A stretch of DNA of 64,000 bases, from the sequence record MN988522.1, one strand, 5' to 3'. The notes beneath the pieces were generated by a model. That model did no database searches and was not told where the DNA came from. It was given only the letters and a program-made list of their open reading frames with translations. The translations under genes were made by a program, and so were the position numbers. Below are positions 32,259 through 44,239 of this stretch, piece by piece. How positions within the stretch are numbered: the first letter of the stretch is position 1; every line of letters starts with the position of its first letter.

Positions 32259-34531
32259 CCAAGGAGAATTGTCGTGGAAATCGCAGATTTAAAGTTCGTT
32301 GACAAGGAAGTCAACAACTGGATGTACGAGTGGGGACGTAATTGTGCCACCATGTTGTACTCCAAGGAGACTACTCAGAAAGTCCTCGAAGGATGGCAGA
32401 CTGAGACTCATCAGTTCAGTGCTGACGATGTCGATCAGTACTGGGTAGGATTCAATGAGGGTCCTCGTGAGACGCAGGAGATCTTGGTGATCCCTCCTCA
32501 TGTGACTCCAGGTATCAATAAGGAGATTTGAAATGCGCAAGTATCGTAAAGTCTGTGAGAAGTGCAATGGTGATGGATACGTCTCCAAGACTGATTGGGG
32601 ATATACTATAGCCACCATCGGTATGGCATTCCTGTTCGGAGCTCATCAAGATCATGAGCGATGCAAGGTATGCACAGGTAACGGATACATCGTCGTGGAG
32701 GAGTGCTGATCATGCGTTATGAAGTTGGTCAAAAGTATCCATTCATCGACGTCAAGTTTCATGCACGTGATGGAGTCATTAATCCGTTCATGAATCTCTT
32801 TCATCCTCAGTACCATGAACTCGACTCGATCGAAGTCAAGATGCTTGAAGTCACTGAGCATCACAAGGTACCTATCGAGTACTCGAATGCGACTGCTGAT
32901 GGATTTATCCTGAAGGAAGTCAAGGGATCTGAGATCGATCGTATCTGGTACAATCAGTATCCTACTGCTCATTACGGTCAGATCAGTACTGATAACGACT
33001 GGAGAGTCAATCGTCATCTTACGGATGATGAAGGTAATCGTGTCGATAAGATGTCGAATGAAGAGATTGACTATCTTGTCGAGCGATGGGACTATGCTCT
33101 ATCCTTCGTAGGATCGATCTTCCGTGCACTCAATGGTCCTGCTAATCAGAGGTTGACTCTGACATCTGAGGTTCGATCGGCATTCGTCACGTATCTCGAT
33201 CAGGTCGTCGAAAAGATCGAGGATGCAACTGAGATGAAGGTCATCTTCGAAGAACTCACGATGAAGAAGATTGATGGTACCTTCACTGAGCCAGTTCCTC
33301 TCTATTGGGTTGCTCGTCTTGTTAAGGTCGAGGATAGGAAGGCAGCATAATGTCTGAGAAACATCTCGATCTCGAGCGTATCCAGATGATCTGTAATGCG
33401 ATCATCATGTCTCGAGGTCTACCTGATGGACGCGTACAATTCACTCACGTGGATGGATACGTTGTAGTCCTGAAGGATCCTGAGCTCCATGTGAGTCACG
33501 CACTCAATCGAATCTCTGGGAAGGGTCCTTTCAAGACGACTAAGTCGTACGACATTTGGGAGATCAAGCGGGATACTATTCAAATCCTTAGTGCAGGACA
33601 AGTCGTATGAGTTTCGAACAGGCTATGAAGAGACCTAAGAACTACTTCAAACTCGGAAGTGGTGAGCAATGGTTTATCGATAAGGAACTTGGCATCCTTG
33701 ACTGGGATGGCAGGATGACTAAGGAACAAGAAGATCAGATGTATGAACATTTCAATCTGAAAAGGAGACGTCGTGAAGATCTTATCCTACAAGGATAGCA
33801 TGTATCCTGAAGACAATCGCATCCTTGGTATCTTCGACGACGATACTGATGAAAGTATCCTCAACGAGATGGTCAAGGATGAAATCCTCTCGAGCATCAT
33901 GGCAATAGGTCGTCGTGAAGGATTTCATAAGCAGAACGAGATGTACTACCATATCGAGTACGATGTCCCGTATCTCGGTAATAAATTGAAGGAGGATGAA
34001 GATGACGAAGCGTCAGTGGCGTAGGTATCGAGGTAAGATCATTGCTAACGGTAATGGTCTCGAGAATCTCCGTAATGTGAGATTCTCCTCGATGGTCATG
34101 ACTGACCTCACCAATGTGTTCCACTTCAAGACTGAGTCTAAGTGGCACCTCGATTTCTGGTATCAATAACAGGAGAGTAAAATGGCTATTTATCAAGTAC
34201 GTAAGAGTGGTGGTGGATGGGAAACTGTCACTAAGAAGCAGTGGATCGAAGAAGAACGTGCATGTGGATTTCGTCCGAAAGATATCTCTGGTAGCGATCC
34301 TGACTACTGGACGACATGTGCTACTGCAGGATTCTCGTGCACTCGTGGAGGATCCTCGGTAGAAGGTCAGATCCTCGAAGAGGATGATTGATCTAGAAGC
34401 TTATGTCAACGATGAATGGGTTGTCTTAAGATTTAGGATCGTCTATACGAGAGTTGATCAATTCGGTAAGAAATGGTTAGTCTGTTACAATAAAGAATGG
34501 GACAGACTCGTTATGGTCAAGGAGAGATTAA

Positions 34532-34966
34532 ATGGAATTGTCAAGACGTAATCTGATTGTCGGATCTGCTGCAGTACTCGCTATGAGTGCAGTACCTGTA
34601 GTAGCAACTGAGATCGTAGAGAGAAAGATCAGTCCTGATCTTATTGTACCTGATGTCATGAAACTATCGATCAGTCGTGACGAGTACAGGTTCGCTAACT
34701 ATGAGATGAACACTTGGACCTATGTCTACGACTGGATGGAGAGATGGTTTCTTGACGAGAATGGTAAGATCACATCTATCCAATCCGTCCATCGTATTCG
34801 AGATAAAGAAATCTACGATCGATGGGTTTATGAAACAGGTCGATGGAATATTCCTCCTCATATTGTATTCGGTGGAGCCATCGTAGCAGGTGAAGGTGAC
34901 TTTCTTTTCTATCAGAAATGGGAAGATCATACCAAGATGCTTCTACGTACTGGACAACTATCTTAA
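34532..34966 (+). CDS. Tat-signal hypothetical protein
   Basis: MELSRRNLIVGSAAVLAM twin-arginine signal. Confidence 0.6.
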   Translation: MELSRRNLIVGSAAVLAMSAVPVVATEIVERKISPDLIVPDVMKLSISRDEYRFANYEMNTWTYVYDWMERWFLDENGKITSIQSVHRIRDKEIYDRWVYETGRWNIPPHIVFGGAIVAGEGDFLFYQKWEDHTKMLLRTGQLS

Positions 34967-34973
34967 ACCTGGA

Positions 34974-35015
34974 TAGGTTCACTTAAGGTGAAGGAAGGAT
35001 TCTTTCTCAGGGAAG
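34974..35015 (+). promoter_or_regulatory. Repeated element, copy 10
   Basis: TAGGTTCACTT-N12-GGATTCTTTCTCAGGGAAG; ATG 35047 follows. Confidence 0.75.
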
Positions 35016-35984
35016 AAGGTTGTCCCTAACTTTAAGGAGAAATAAGATGCAAGTTGTAATTCGCGATGATGGCAAGGAGAGGGATCAGAGCTTCGAGGCA
35101 ACTATCGAGTTGTCAGATTCTGAGTATGAAGGTTCTGCTACTTTCACTGCGACTGGATATGGATCCAGTGAGATCGAAGCTCGATCCAACCTCCTCGCTA
35201 TCGTAATGAGAATGCATGCTCAGATTGGTCAACTGGAGATCGGCTAGTGGAATACGAAACTGAAGAGAAGGTCTTGGCTACGATGGCTAGGGCACTCGAT
35301 GCTCATCGGAATAAAGGATTCGATGGCAAGGAACATCCTGAACTGATCCCTGAGATCAAGACGATGTTCAATAGTGTCTACCCATTCAAGGTCGAACATA
35401 TCGCAGCTATCCTGAACGGAGGGAAGATCGTATGAGTGATATGATGATTACTGTAGTCGAAGTCGAGGTTAATGAAGACTTCATCAAGCATCCTGCTACT
35501 CTCAGTACATCTGAGGTATACTTCCTGAAGGATGGTAAGATCGTCGGTGAAGGACGTATCGGTGGTCGTTATATGGGGATAGTAAATGTCTATCCTACTA
35601 ACGATCAAGCATTCGAGTTCTTCAAGGATGACTTCATTCTTCAGACTCTCGATATACTAGAGACTGATGAACGTAAGAAGTGGATACACTTCAAGTTCCA
35701 TCAGTACACTGGAGAGTATGCAGGTACATTCAGTGATGAACCTGAGAATCGAGGAGAAGGTCTGTCAGTCGTTGACAAATTCTACTTCGACTTCGGTATT
35801 CATTCGAAGAGGTACGAGCATATCGAAGGATATGGTAAGACGAATACTGCCAGATCTCAGAATGTTACTCAGGAATCTCTTCAGGCACTCGCTGATCGAT
35901 TCAATAACTGAAGTCACTTTGTGATAGGAAGTCAGAGTCCTATCCTACGGTCACTTCCGACCGATTTCCTAGAAAGGGATATTA

Positions 35985-36731
35985 ATGCGTAAGTATAATA
36001 TTGCACTGGCAGCTGCATTCTCGCTATCTGCCGTACTCTTTTCCTCAACTGCATCTGCTGCCACATGTGGTGGTCAGGCATGGTCCTGGGAGTCCTTCCT
36101 GAGTGGAGCATGTAAGTCTGCAGGAGTCTCCAACTCTGGAGATAACAAGTCCCAGAATCGTATCTCGTCACGTACTCGTCCGAGCACTCCTGGTAACTCG
36201 TCATCCAATCCGTCATCTGGTGTAACCAATCCAGGTGATAATGGTTCGAGCAATCCTGGAGACGATGACGACTCTGGATCGGATAATCCTGGTCATGAGA
36301 ATCCAGGTGATGATACTCCTGGTGGCGATGATCATGGAAATGATAATCCCGGACATGACAATCCGGATGGTGATCACAATGACGATGGTCACAACGATAA
36401 TGGCGACAATGGCAACCATGACAACGATGATAATGGGAACCATAACGGTGACGACAATGGTCACAATAATGATCATGGAGATCATGATGGTGACAATGAC
36501 TCTGGCAACAATGGTCATGACAATGATCATAACGGTCCATCTGGCGATCATAACAATGATGGCCATAACGACAATGGCCAGGATAATGGTCACAATCAGG
36601 ATCAGTCTGGTAACGACGATAATGGCGGCGATCAGCCTTCTAATAATGAAGGCTCGAACAATGGTCACGACAACGATCACAACGACAATGGTCATGGTAA
36701 TGATGGTAAGGGACCAGGTAAAGGTAAGTAG
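35985..36731 (+). CDS. Secreted protein with long Asn/Asp/Gly/His low-complexity tail
   Basis: Sec signal (ASA-A cleavage), Cys pair, then about 165 aa of GHDN-type repeats. Confidence 0.8.
   Translation: MRKYNIALAAAFSLSAVLFSSTASAATCGGQAWSWESFLSGACKSAGVSNSGDNKSQNRISSRTRPSTPGNSSSNPSSGVTNPGDNGSSNPGDDDDSGSDNPGHENPGDDTPGGDDHGNDNPGHDNPDGDHNDDGHNDNGDNGNHDNDDNGNHNGDDNGHNNDHGDHDGDNDSGNNGHDNDHNGPSGDHNNDGHNDNGQDNGHNQDQSGNDDNGGDQPSNNEGSNNGHDNDHNDNGHGNDGKGPGKGK
36226..36720 (+). repeat. Imperfect coding repeats (GAC/AAC/AAT/GGT/CAT rich)
   Basis: Repeated gacaatgg, gatcat and aacgat units. Confidence 0.8.
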
Positions 36732-36748
36732 TACCTGAGTCCGTTGAT

Positions 36749-36787
36749 GTGGGAGGTATCAGAAATGGTATCTCCCACTTTTATTTT
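36749..36787 (+). terminator. Rho-independent terminator
   Basis: GTGGGAGGTATC-AGAAAT-GGTATCTCCCAC then TTTTATTTT. Confidence 0.8.
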
Positions 36788-37422
36788 GTCTGGAGGTCAG
36801 ATGCGCATATTGATTGTAGTGATCTACGTATTGACAGGACTTGGATACTACCAAGAGATGAAAGATCGTAAGATCATCTATGAAACTCAAGGTCAGGGTA
36901 TTGCAGAAGCAGCACTATGGCCTATCATGTTCGGTAAACAAGTAGCTCGAGGATCATTCAATGATAACCGTGATTAAGCATGTAGTCATAGGGACATTCA
37001 CTCTAGTCCTTTCAATCATCTGCATTGATAAGATGTTTGATCCTGTTGAAGCTCAATCATCTAGTGTCAGTGTACTCAACGTTCCAGGTCATCCAGATAT
37101 CATTTGCATGAAATATGGTGACCGTACTCTCTCATGTGTGAAGAAATAAGATGCAGACTGTAGCAGATACTAACATGTGGAAGATCAAGGCTATGAAGCT
37201 TCAGGCTGATATCTTGATGATGGACATGTACAAGCAATTGATCGAGACTCAGGATGAATTTGGTAATCCTATTCGAATCATCCAACCTCAGATTCTCACG
37301 ACCTACGAACATTTTACGATCATAGGTGTTGATGAGAAAGCACTATTAGAAGAAGGACGTGAAGAGCCTATCATGCTTTATCATGACTGGTACATGACGT
37401 ATGAAGTTAAGGATAGAATTCT

Positions 37423-37698
37423 GTGAAAAATCTTATTTTAGTATCTCTCGTTCTACTTGCAGGATGTGAAGTTCATATCGGAGGATATCCTGAAGGTTCT
37501 AAGACCGAGACTAAAGCTAGTGTCGATCGTACAGTTGTACCATTTCCGTATGATACCAAGATCTATTACTTCAAAGATCCTCGTACATCAGTATGTTTCG
37601 CAGTTAGTGGGTATCAGGATAATCGGATGTTAACTACAGTAACTTGCAGTGATGATGTACTGAAAGCTATTGACGATGATGAAATAAGGGCACGATAA
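37423..37698 (+). CDS. Putative lipoprotein
   Basis: Lipobox LAGC after a hydrophobic stretch. Confidence 0.7.
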   Translation: MKNLILVSLVLLAGCEVHIGGYPEGSKTETKASVDRTVVPFPYDTKIYYFKDPRTSVCFAVSGYQDNRMLTTVTCSDDVLKAIDDDEIRAR

Positions 37699-38291
37699 TG
37701 AAATGGGTACTCGCTGATCCTCATCTTTTCCACAAGAAGATTGTAACACACTTTATGTTCAGACCTTATGCATCTGTCGAGGAGATGAATGAGGACATCA
37801 TCGATACCATTAATCAATATGTCAAAGAGAGTCATACTCTGTATCTCTTAGGTGATATCTCTTTTGAGTACGATCCAGATAAGAATCTCGAGATTCTCAA
37901 GAAGATTAATTGTAAGAATATTCACTTAGTTGTAGGTAACCATGATCACACAGAGATGCGTGAACTTCCGATCTGGAAGTCTGTCAATCATTATCTCGAA
38001 GTCAAGAACGATAAGAAATTCTTTGTACTGTGTCACTACCCATTCGAGAGTTGGAACAAGTCCTCTAAAGGATCCATTATGGTCCACGGACATTGCCATG
38101 GATCTTCTAAGAAAGTCCCTAATCGATTCGACGTCGGTTGGGATGTCAGAGGTAGACCAGTCTCGCTCGATGAGTTGATCCTTGAATGGAATGACAATCC
38201 TGACTCTTGGGTTGATCATCATGCTCATGAATCTGATGGAACTGTGAAGAGTCTCTGGAAGAGAATCTCTAATCTAATAGGAATGAAATAA
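37698..38291 (+). CDS. Calcineurin-like metallophosphoesterase
   Basis: ADPH, LGDI, VGNHD, CHYP, HGHCH motifs. Confidence 0.85.
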   Translation: MKWVLADPHLFHKKIVTHFMFRPYASVEEMNEDIIDTINQYVKESHTLYLLGDISFEYDPDKNLEILKKINCKNIHLVVGNHDHTEMRELPIWKSVNHYLEVKNDKKFFVLCHYPFESWNKSSKGSIMVHGHCHGSSKKVPNRFDVGWDVRGRPVSLDELILEWNDNPDSWVDHHAHESDGTVKSLWKRISNLIGMK

Positions 38292-38560
38292 TGCGTAATG
38301 TTCTTGTAGTAGCATCTCTTGCTGTAGTACTAGTATCCTGTGGTAAGTCTCCTGAGGACCTTCAGACGGACAAAATGAATATTGATCGTCAGCTACCAGA
38401 GGGATGTGAGTTTCACTTCTATGGTTGGTACGACAACATGAGAGTAGCTGCTATCGTCTGCGATAATGCTAACGTAACCAATACTAATGTCAGATGGTCC
38501 GAAGGTAGTGGTAAGAATGAGACAATTCATAATGGTCTCGTAGCAAAGATTGAGAAGTAA
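38291..38560 (+). CDS. Putative lipoprotein
   Basis: Lipobox LVSC. Confidence 0.65.
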   Translation: MRNVLVVASLAVVLVSCGKSPEDLQTDKMNIDRQLPEGCEFHFYGWYDNMRVAAIVCDNANVTNTNVRWSEGSGKNETIHNGLVAKIEK

Positions 38561-39542
38561 GATGGGAAGCCTGCATAACGATCTAGCATCCTGGGCTAGT
38601 AAAGCTAATGCTCAAGGTCAAGATAGGATTGAGATCACTAACGAGACTGCACTGAAGATTGCTGATCAGATAGTTGAGATGGCTACTCGTATCGAAGAAT
38701 TAGAGTATCATGTTCGTAATCCTCGTCATCCTGCGTACAAGGACCTGACAGATTATCAGTACGGTCTCAATCCATGGCGTAGATTCAGACCATACAAGCC
38801 AGATCAGATCCGTATCGAACGAGGTGAGGATTATCGAGCTGGTACTCATACGATCTGTGACCATTGTGGATGTGAATATGCAGACCACGAACCGGTCGTA
38901 GGGTACGAATTCTTGAACAGAATATGCAATGGAAATCTGGTAAAGCTATGAGTGAAGAACGTAAATGTCCTCCTGGAATCACATGGCGAGATCCTGAGTA
39001 CTTGAAGTTCTATACTCCTTGTGATGTCTGCAAGAAGTATGGTGATGAAGGATCTCCAATCCACTGGGTAGGAGGATCTAGTTGTACCGTATGTTCTCGA
39101 CCTGAATGTGAAGAGATCGCTAAAGGATGGTACGAGGATACTGCTCGTCATGTTGAAGAACAACTAGCAGAGACTCGACGTCAATTCTATAGTGATGAGG
39201 ATGAATAACATGTGGAGTGACTGGTTTCATCTAATCCCTAAACAGACTCTCAGTGAGAAGATACGTAGGAAGATCTTATTGGTCGGATTCATTCTCTCAT
39301 TAACTATACCTTGGATCTATGGTGCGTACACATTCTACAGGGACTATGTGCAATGAGTCCTGTACGTGTCATTCAAACATTTATTCGAGTATGTGCTGAT
39401 TGTCCACATTGTACTTATTACTCTGGTGGGATGAGTCATTGTACTTTGACAGAAGCACTCATTCGACCAGATGATAAAGCATACTCGATTCATGAGAATT
39501 GTCCTCTACCGTATGCTGGTCCTCCAGTAATTAGGAATACGA

Positions 39543-39926
39543 ATGACTGAGTCTTTTGAACTACGATTAAGTAATTATGAATTAGGTACATGGTTTCATG
39601 TACACGACATTGATGAGATGGAGAAATTCTATCTGTCTCGTCTACCTGCAATCAGATCAGCTGCTCGTCAGTTAGGATACGCTATTGGAGTCCATGGATC
39701 TTGTCGACGAGACTTTGATCTGATGGCGATGAGATGGACAGACAAGTATGCTAGCAAGGATACTCTAGCTCGAGCTATCCAGAATGCAGCATGTGGGATT
39801 ATGTCCTCCAGATATACGTGGGAGACTAAGCCTAGTGGTCGAGTAGCTACTTCTATGGCTATCTGCTGGCCTGAGTGGTATGAAATGATCGGTGCAGGTA
39901 CGATCGATCTTTCGATTCTAGAGTAA
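39543..39926 (+). CDS. Possible minimal nucleotidyltransferase-like protein
   Basis: HGSCRRDFDL resembles a compact GS...DxD motif. Confidence 0.35.
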   Translation: MTESFELRLSNYELGTWFHVHDIDEMEKFYLSRLPAIRSAARQLGYAIGVHGSCRRDFDLMAMRWTDKYASKDTLARAIQNAACGIMSSRYTWETKPSGRVATSMAICWPEWYEMIGAGTIDLSILE

Positions 39927-41464
39927 GGATTCTATTCATGTTTTATCAACAAATACCGATGGGAGCAGGAGATCATTCATCTGCTCAATGTTTCAGATTG
40001 ACATCTTTGTTGCATGATACTCTGAATGATATCTCAACTCTTCAACAAGCAGGTGGAAGAGATCCGTCTTTTGATGACGACTACGATCTTCGTATTAAAG
40101 TAGCTGCATGTGAGATCTTTCTGAAGTTAACAGGTTACAAGATCAGTGATATCAAATTGCTTGATCTTCTAAAGGAATACGAATAATGTCTGAGAATGTA
40201 TTTGACTACGGATTCATGGTACCTCTGAAAGAGAAGATGACCGATGATGATCGATATGATCTCTCTGAGAGACTCTGGAATGAGAAGACTGGAATCCATA
40301 TTAATCATGAAGGTACGATAATCTACTCTGCTATTCGAGGAAACGAGTATGGGATTAGATTCACTCAGACGTCTGAGATGGATTCCTCTGCATTCATGGA
40401 TTCGATTCCTGACTACGTACCTGAGGTCGACGATACGGAGATTCGAGGATACTCGTGCTACTGGTACAATGGATCTGATAGCGATATGGACTGCATGACT
40501 TTGGAAAGATATAGGAGTTACAATAATGACTCAGAAACGTGATCGACTAAAGATGACTCTCCGAGAAGAAGTAGCATTCGTCTTCGGAGGAGTAATGGCT
40601 ATCAATCCTGAGTGGTACAAACAAGCACTCGAGATGATAGCGAAGAATCAGAATGTATCTGTCGATGAGGTGAAGAAAGCCGTCGAGAGCCTTCCTTCTG
40701 AGGACTTCGACTGAATCAATTTAAAGGAGAGGGTGACATGACTTCTGAATTGACAGTATCCCAGGTCTGGGGAATCGATCTGACTAAGGTCGATGATATG
40801 TGCAAGATACTCACATGGTATGAGTATCGTAGAAATATGGCAATCAATGCATTGCTACCAGATAGGATGACTGAAGATGATCTTCGATGGAAGGATGTCA
40901 CTCTCACAAGAGATCGTAGACAAGCAGATAGAGTCGTACGAGTAACTCTCTGTTTGAAAGATGAGAATCATACTCGGATCAGTCACAAGTTTACTCAGAA
41001 TGAATTCTTCTCTGACGGAGATCTGAAAGAGATTTATCGTAAGCATCTAGCTGAAGAGAAAGAACGTAAAGCTGCTGAGAAGAGAGAACAGGAGAAGATA
41101 TTTGCACTGTCTGAGGAGAGTAAACGAGAGAAGGAACTCGAGCATCTCAGAGGTCTAATGAAGAAGTATCCTCTCGAGATCGATGAGGAGATCAAACGTC
41201 GTCAACGTGAAATAGATCTGGATGATTAATTATGAAGCATGAAATCCGTATTGTAGTCGATACTTCTGAAATCGATGATAAGTTTGATAACTTCGATGCT
41301 GAGTCACTTCTGAGAGATTTGTACTTTCACAAGGTAGTTCAGAATATCAATGAGATCAATCGAGTTGCTCAGATGACTTCCTCTTCGACAGGAGGTAATC
41401 CATACATGCTCGCTCTGAAGAACATGGTCACGTATGCTGGTATTAACATCACGAGGATTGACTG

Positions 41465-41956
41465 ATGAAACCTGAGTATGAAGCATATCTCCGAGAGCTT
41501 ATCGACGAGGATAAGAAACGTACCCATTATCTCGGCTACGATGAGAAGGGTCCTCCTGACTCTGCAGTACTACGTGCTAAGTGCATGGAGTACACGAAGA
41601 AGTTCATCGAGAAGTTCCCTCATCTTAAGAGAGTGAGTGGATTTATTGCTAACAAGGATTTCATCTTCAATCCTGAGGAAGATGTATCTCCAGGTACTGA
41701 ACATTGGTGGTGTATTGACGTAGATAGGACGATTGTTGATCCTACTCGAGGTCAGTTCACTCGTAATGTTGAACTTAAGTACATTGAATTTGATGAGAAG
41801 ATCCATCAGATCCAGATTGGTAAGTGTCCTAATTGTGGCATGGAGATCTACGGTCTTGTATCTGATGTAGGTAAGCACGGTGGACTCTGCTCAGAAGAGT
41901 GCTTCGATGATTACTCAGAATATATGAATGGTGAAATGAAGTCATGTCGATCCTGA
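41465..41956 (+). CDS. Putative Cys-His-Asp (transglutaminase/papain-like) protein with C-terminal Zn-binding Cys motifs
   Basis: AKCMEY...HWWC...IVDPT; CPNC and CSEEC. Confidence 0.45.
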   Translation: MKPEYEAYLRELIDEDKKRTHYLGYDEKGPPDSAVLRAKCMEYTKKFIEKFPHLKRVSGFIANKDFIFNPEEDVSPGTEHWWCIDVDRTIVDPTRGQFTRNVELKYIEFDEKIHQIQIGKCPNCGMEIYGLVSDVGKHGGLCSEECFDDYSEYMNGEMKSCRS

Positions 41957-42421
41957 ATACTGAAAATGTTAAGTCTCTCAAGTGGTCTCCTCTAGAGGAG
42001 AGTGGTACTATATACGCATGGTCTCCATTCGGTGGAATTTACTCGATTCAGATGACGCCTAATGGAGCATGTACTGTCAACTTTCGTAATGATAAGTTTG
42101 AGAACTACGGTAGTCTAGAAGATGGAATCGTAGCTGCACAGAATCATCATGTCTCTAAAATCACGGATCTTTTTGATTCTGAACCTACATGGAATATTTA
42201 GATGTCTGCCAATTTAAGCACCGTATATTATGCGATTAAAGATCCTGTCACTGATACTCTGCAATGCGGGTACACATCTCTGACGAATGGACTGTATTCG
42301 ACTCCAGGTAAGGCTCAGTCGTACATCGATCGTAAGGTCAGACGTTCTCGATATCCATCTCAAGCTGAAGAATATAAGAAATGGAAGATCGTACCTGTCA
42401 AGATCGTTGAGGTGACTGAAG

Positions 42422-42970
42422 ATGAAGCTAATTGATTATGTAATGGTGCTTGACAATGTCCTGGATCATCAGACATGTCATCAGATCATCGACAAGTTTC
42501 AGAGTCATGGTGAACTAGAGTCTCAGAGACGTGAGGGATTGTATCAGTTTGATCAGCTCAATCTCAATACTGCTGGACCTAACTGGGACGGTGAGCTACG
42601 TACGATCATTACTGCTCTACGAGGATCACTGACCACCTATCGTCAGGAAGTACCTACATCTGGATGGCCTCAGCAATTCGGATGGGAGCAGGTACGTATG
42701 AAGAGATATCTTCCTAACGATAACGATCAGTTTCCTGTTCATGTGGACGTAGCTGACTACAAGTCTGCTCGACGATTCCTAGTATTCTTCATGTACCTGA
42801 ACGATGTCGATGAAGGTGGAGAGACTACATTCCCAGAATTGAATGTAGCAGTGAAGCCTAAGGCTGGACGAGTACTCATCTTCCCTCCGATGTGGCAGTA
42901 TCCTCATACTGGTGAGAAGCCTATCTCTGCTCCTAAGTTCATCATCGGGAGTTATCTCCATTATGTGTGA
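42422..42970 (+). CDS. 2OG-Fe(II) oxygenase (prolyl-4-hydroxylase-like)
   Basis: HVD...YLNDVDEGGETTF...FPP...HTG...K facial triad and 2OG-binding residue. Confidence 0.85.
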   Translation: MKLIDYVMVLDNVLDHQTCHQIIDKFQSHGELESQRREGLYQFDQLNLNTAGPNWDGELRTIITALRGSLTTYRQEVPTSGWPQQFGWEQVRMKRYLPNDNDQFPVHVDVADYKSARRFLVFFMYLNDVDEGGETTFPELNVAVKPKAGRVLIFPPMWQYPHTGEKPISAPKFIIGSYLHYV

Positions 42971-44198
42971 GTCGACATGTTAAATATCAACAGGACATAT
43001 TATGCTCTGATCACAGAGAGTGGAGACATTCTCAAGGGATCTCAATCAATGCTGAATGGATTGTATGACTCTCATGCTAAAGCTACTAGGTACAAGAAAT
43101 CTCTCATTGATAAAGCTAAGCCGTTCAGTAGTCAAAGTACTAGTCCTCACAAACATCTGTGGGATCCTAGGAATACAGCAGAATGGGATAAGACTCTGGA
43201 GACGTATGAGTCTCTTGAAGTCACTCCTGTCAAGATTGTAAAGGATAAGTAGAATGATCCGAGGACGTAAGAGTATCAAGAATGCAGCTACTGATGCATG
43301 GATGATTGAGTACGGTAGTCTAGAAGGACCTGGATATCCTGTCTGGAAGTTGTACGACATCCCTGAGATCATGAGTACTGCTAGTCGAATCATGGACGCT
43401 ACTCGTAAGGAGTTTGTCAAGAAATCGAAGAGTAGTGAGCTGCCACAAGTATCGTACATGCTTCAGGCTAATGATGAAGGTGTATACATTGAATACGAGA
43501 TCAGATAATGTGCGTACCTAAAAATGAACATGAGACTGCATACAAGCTAGCTCGTAAGCACTACGAAGCTCAGGATCCTACTGAACGAGATCCATTTAGG
43601 AAGCATCTTGATGATGCCTACCAACATCTTCTGTCTAAACGTAGAGGTATTGGTGAGGAGAGTGATCCATATGCAAGAGACTCATTTTGGTGAGATAAGA
43701 CAATGATACTTGAAGATGTCCTCGAGACTAAGAAATACTATATCAATTCTCTACGTGAGTACTCTCGCAAGCAGATAGATCTATGGAGAATGGTGCCATG
43801 GCTAGTTCTACAAGCTCAAGGTAGATCTGGATGGTCTGACGCATATGGTAGATGTATCCGTAATGGTATCTGGACGATTAATTCTGCTACCAATGGAGGA
43901 TATTGTGCTACGTCAGTCGACTGTGATTCAGGTGAATTGATGTACTTCAATAAGCCTATGCGTGACAACTGTAAAGAATTGATGCTGATCGATCCTAAGG
44001 AACTGGATGCAAGTCTTGTAATCGCATACCTGAATCAACGTATCCTGAATGACAAGGAGGATCACTCAATTAAGCAGAAGGGTCCTACGTGGAGAGAGGA
44101 TACTGCTAAGGAATTAGGTATCGAGAGAGTATATCATAGGACTCGTACGATCCCTGAACCGTCATGGAGTTATGACTAACGAATTTACCTCGAGGAGA

Positions 44199-44239
44199 TA
44201 GGTTCACTTAGCCTCCTCAAGGGATTCTTCTTTAGAGGG
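44199..44239 (+). promoter_or_regulatory. Repeated element, copy 11
   Basis: TAGGTTCACTT-N12-GGATTCTTCTTTAGAGGG; ATG 44277 follows. Confidence 0.75.

Noticed and set aside
35932-36738. Alternative ORFs (His/Cys-rich 35932-36540 minus, hydrophobic 36213-36695 minus, Met/Thr-rich 36235-36738 plus)
   Set aside because: They are shadow frames of the low-complexity repeat in the signal-peptide gene 35985-36731.
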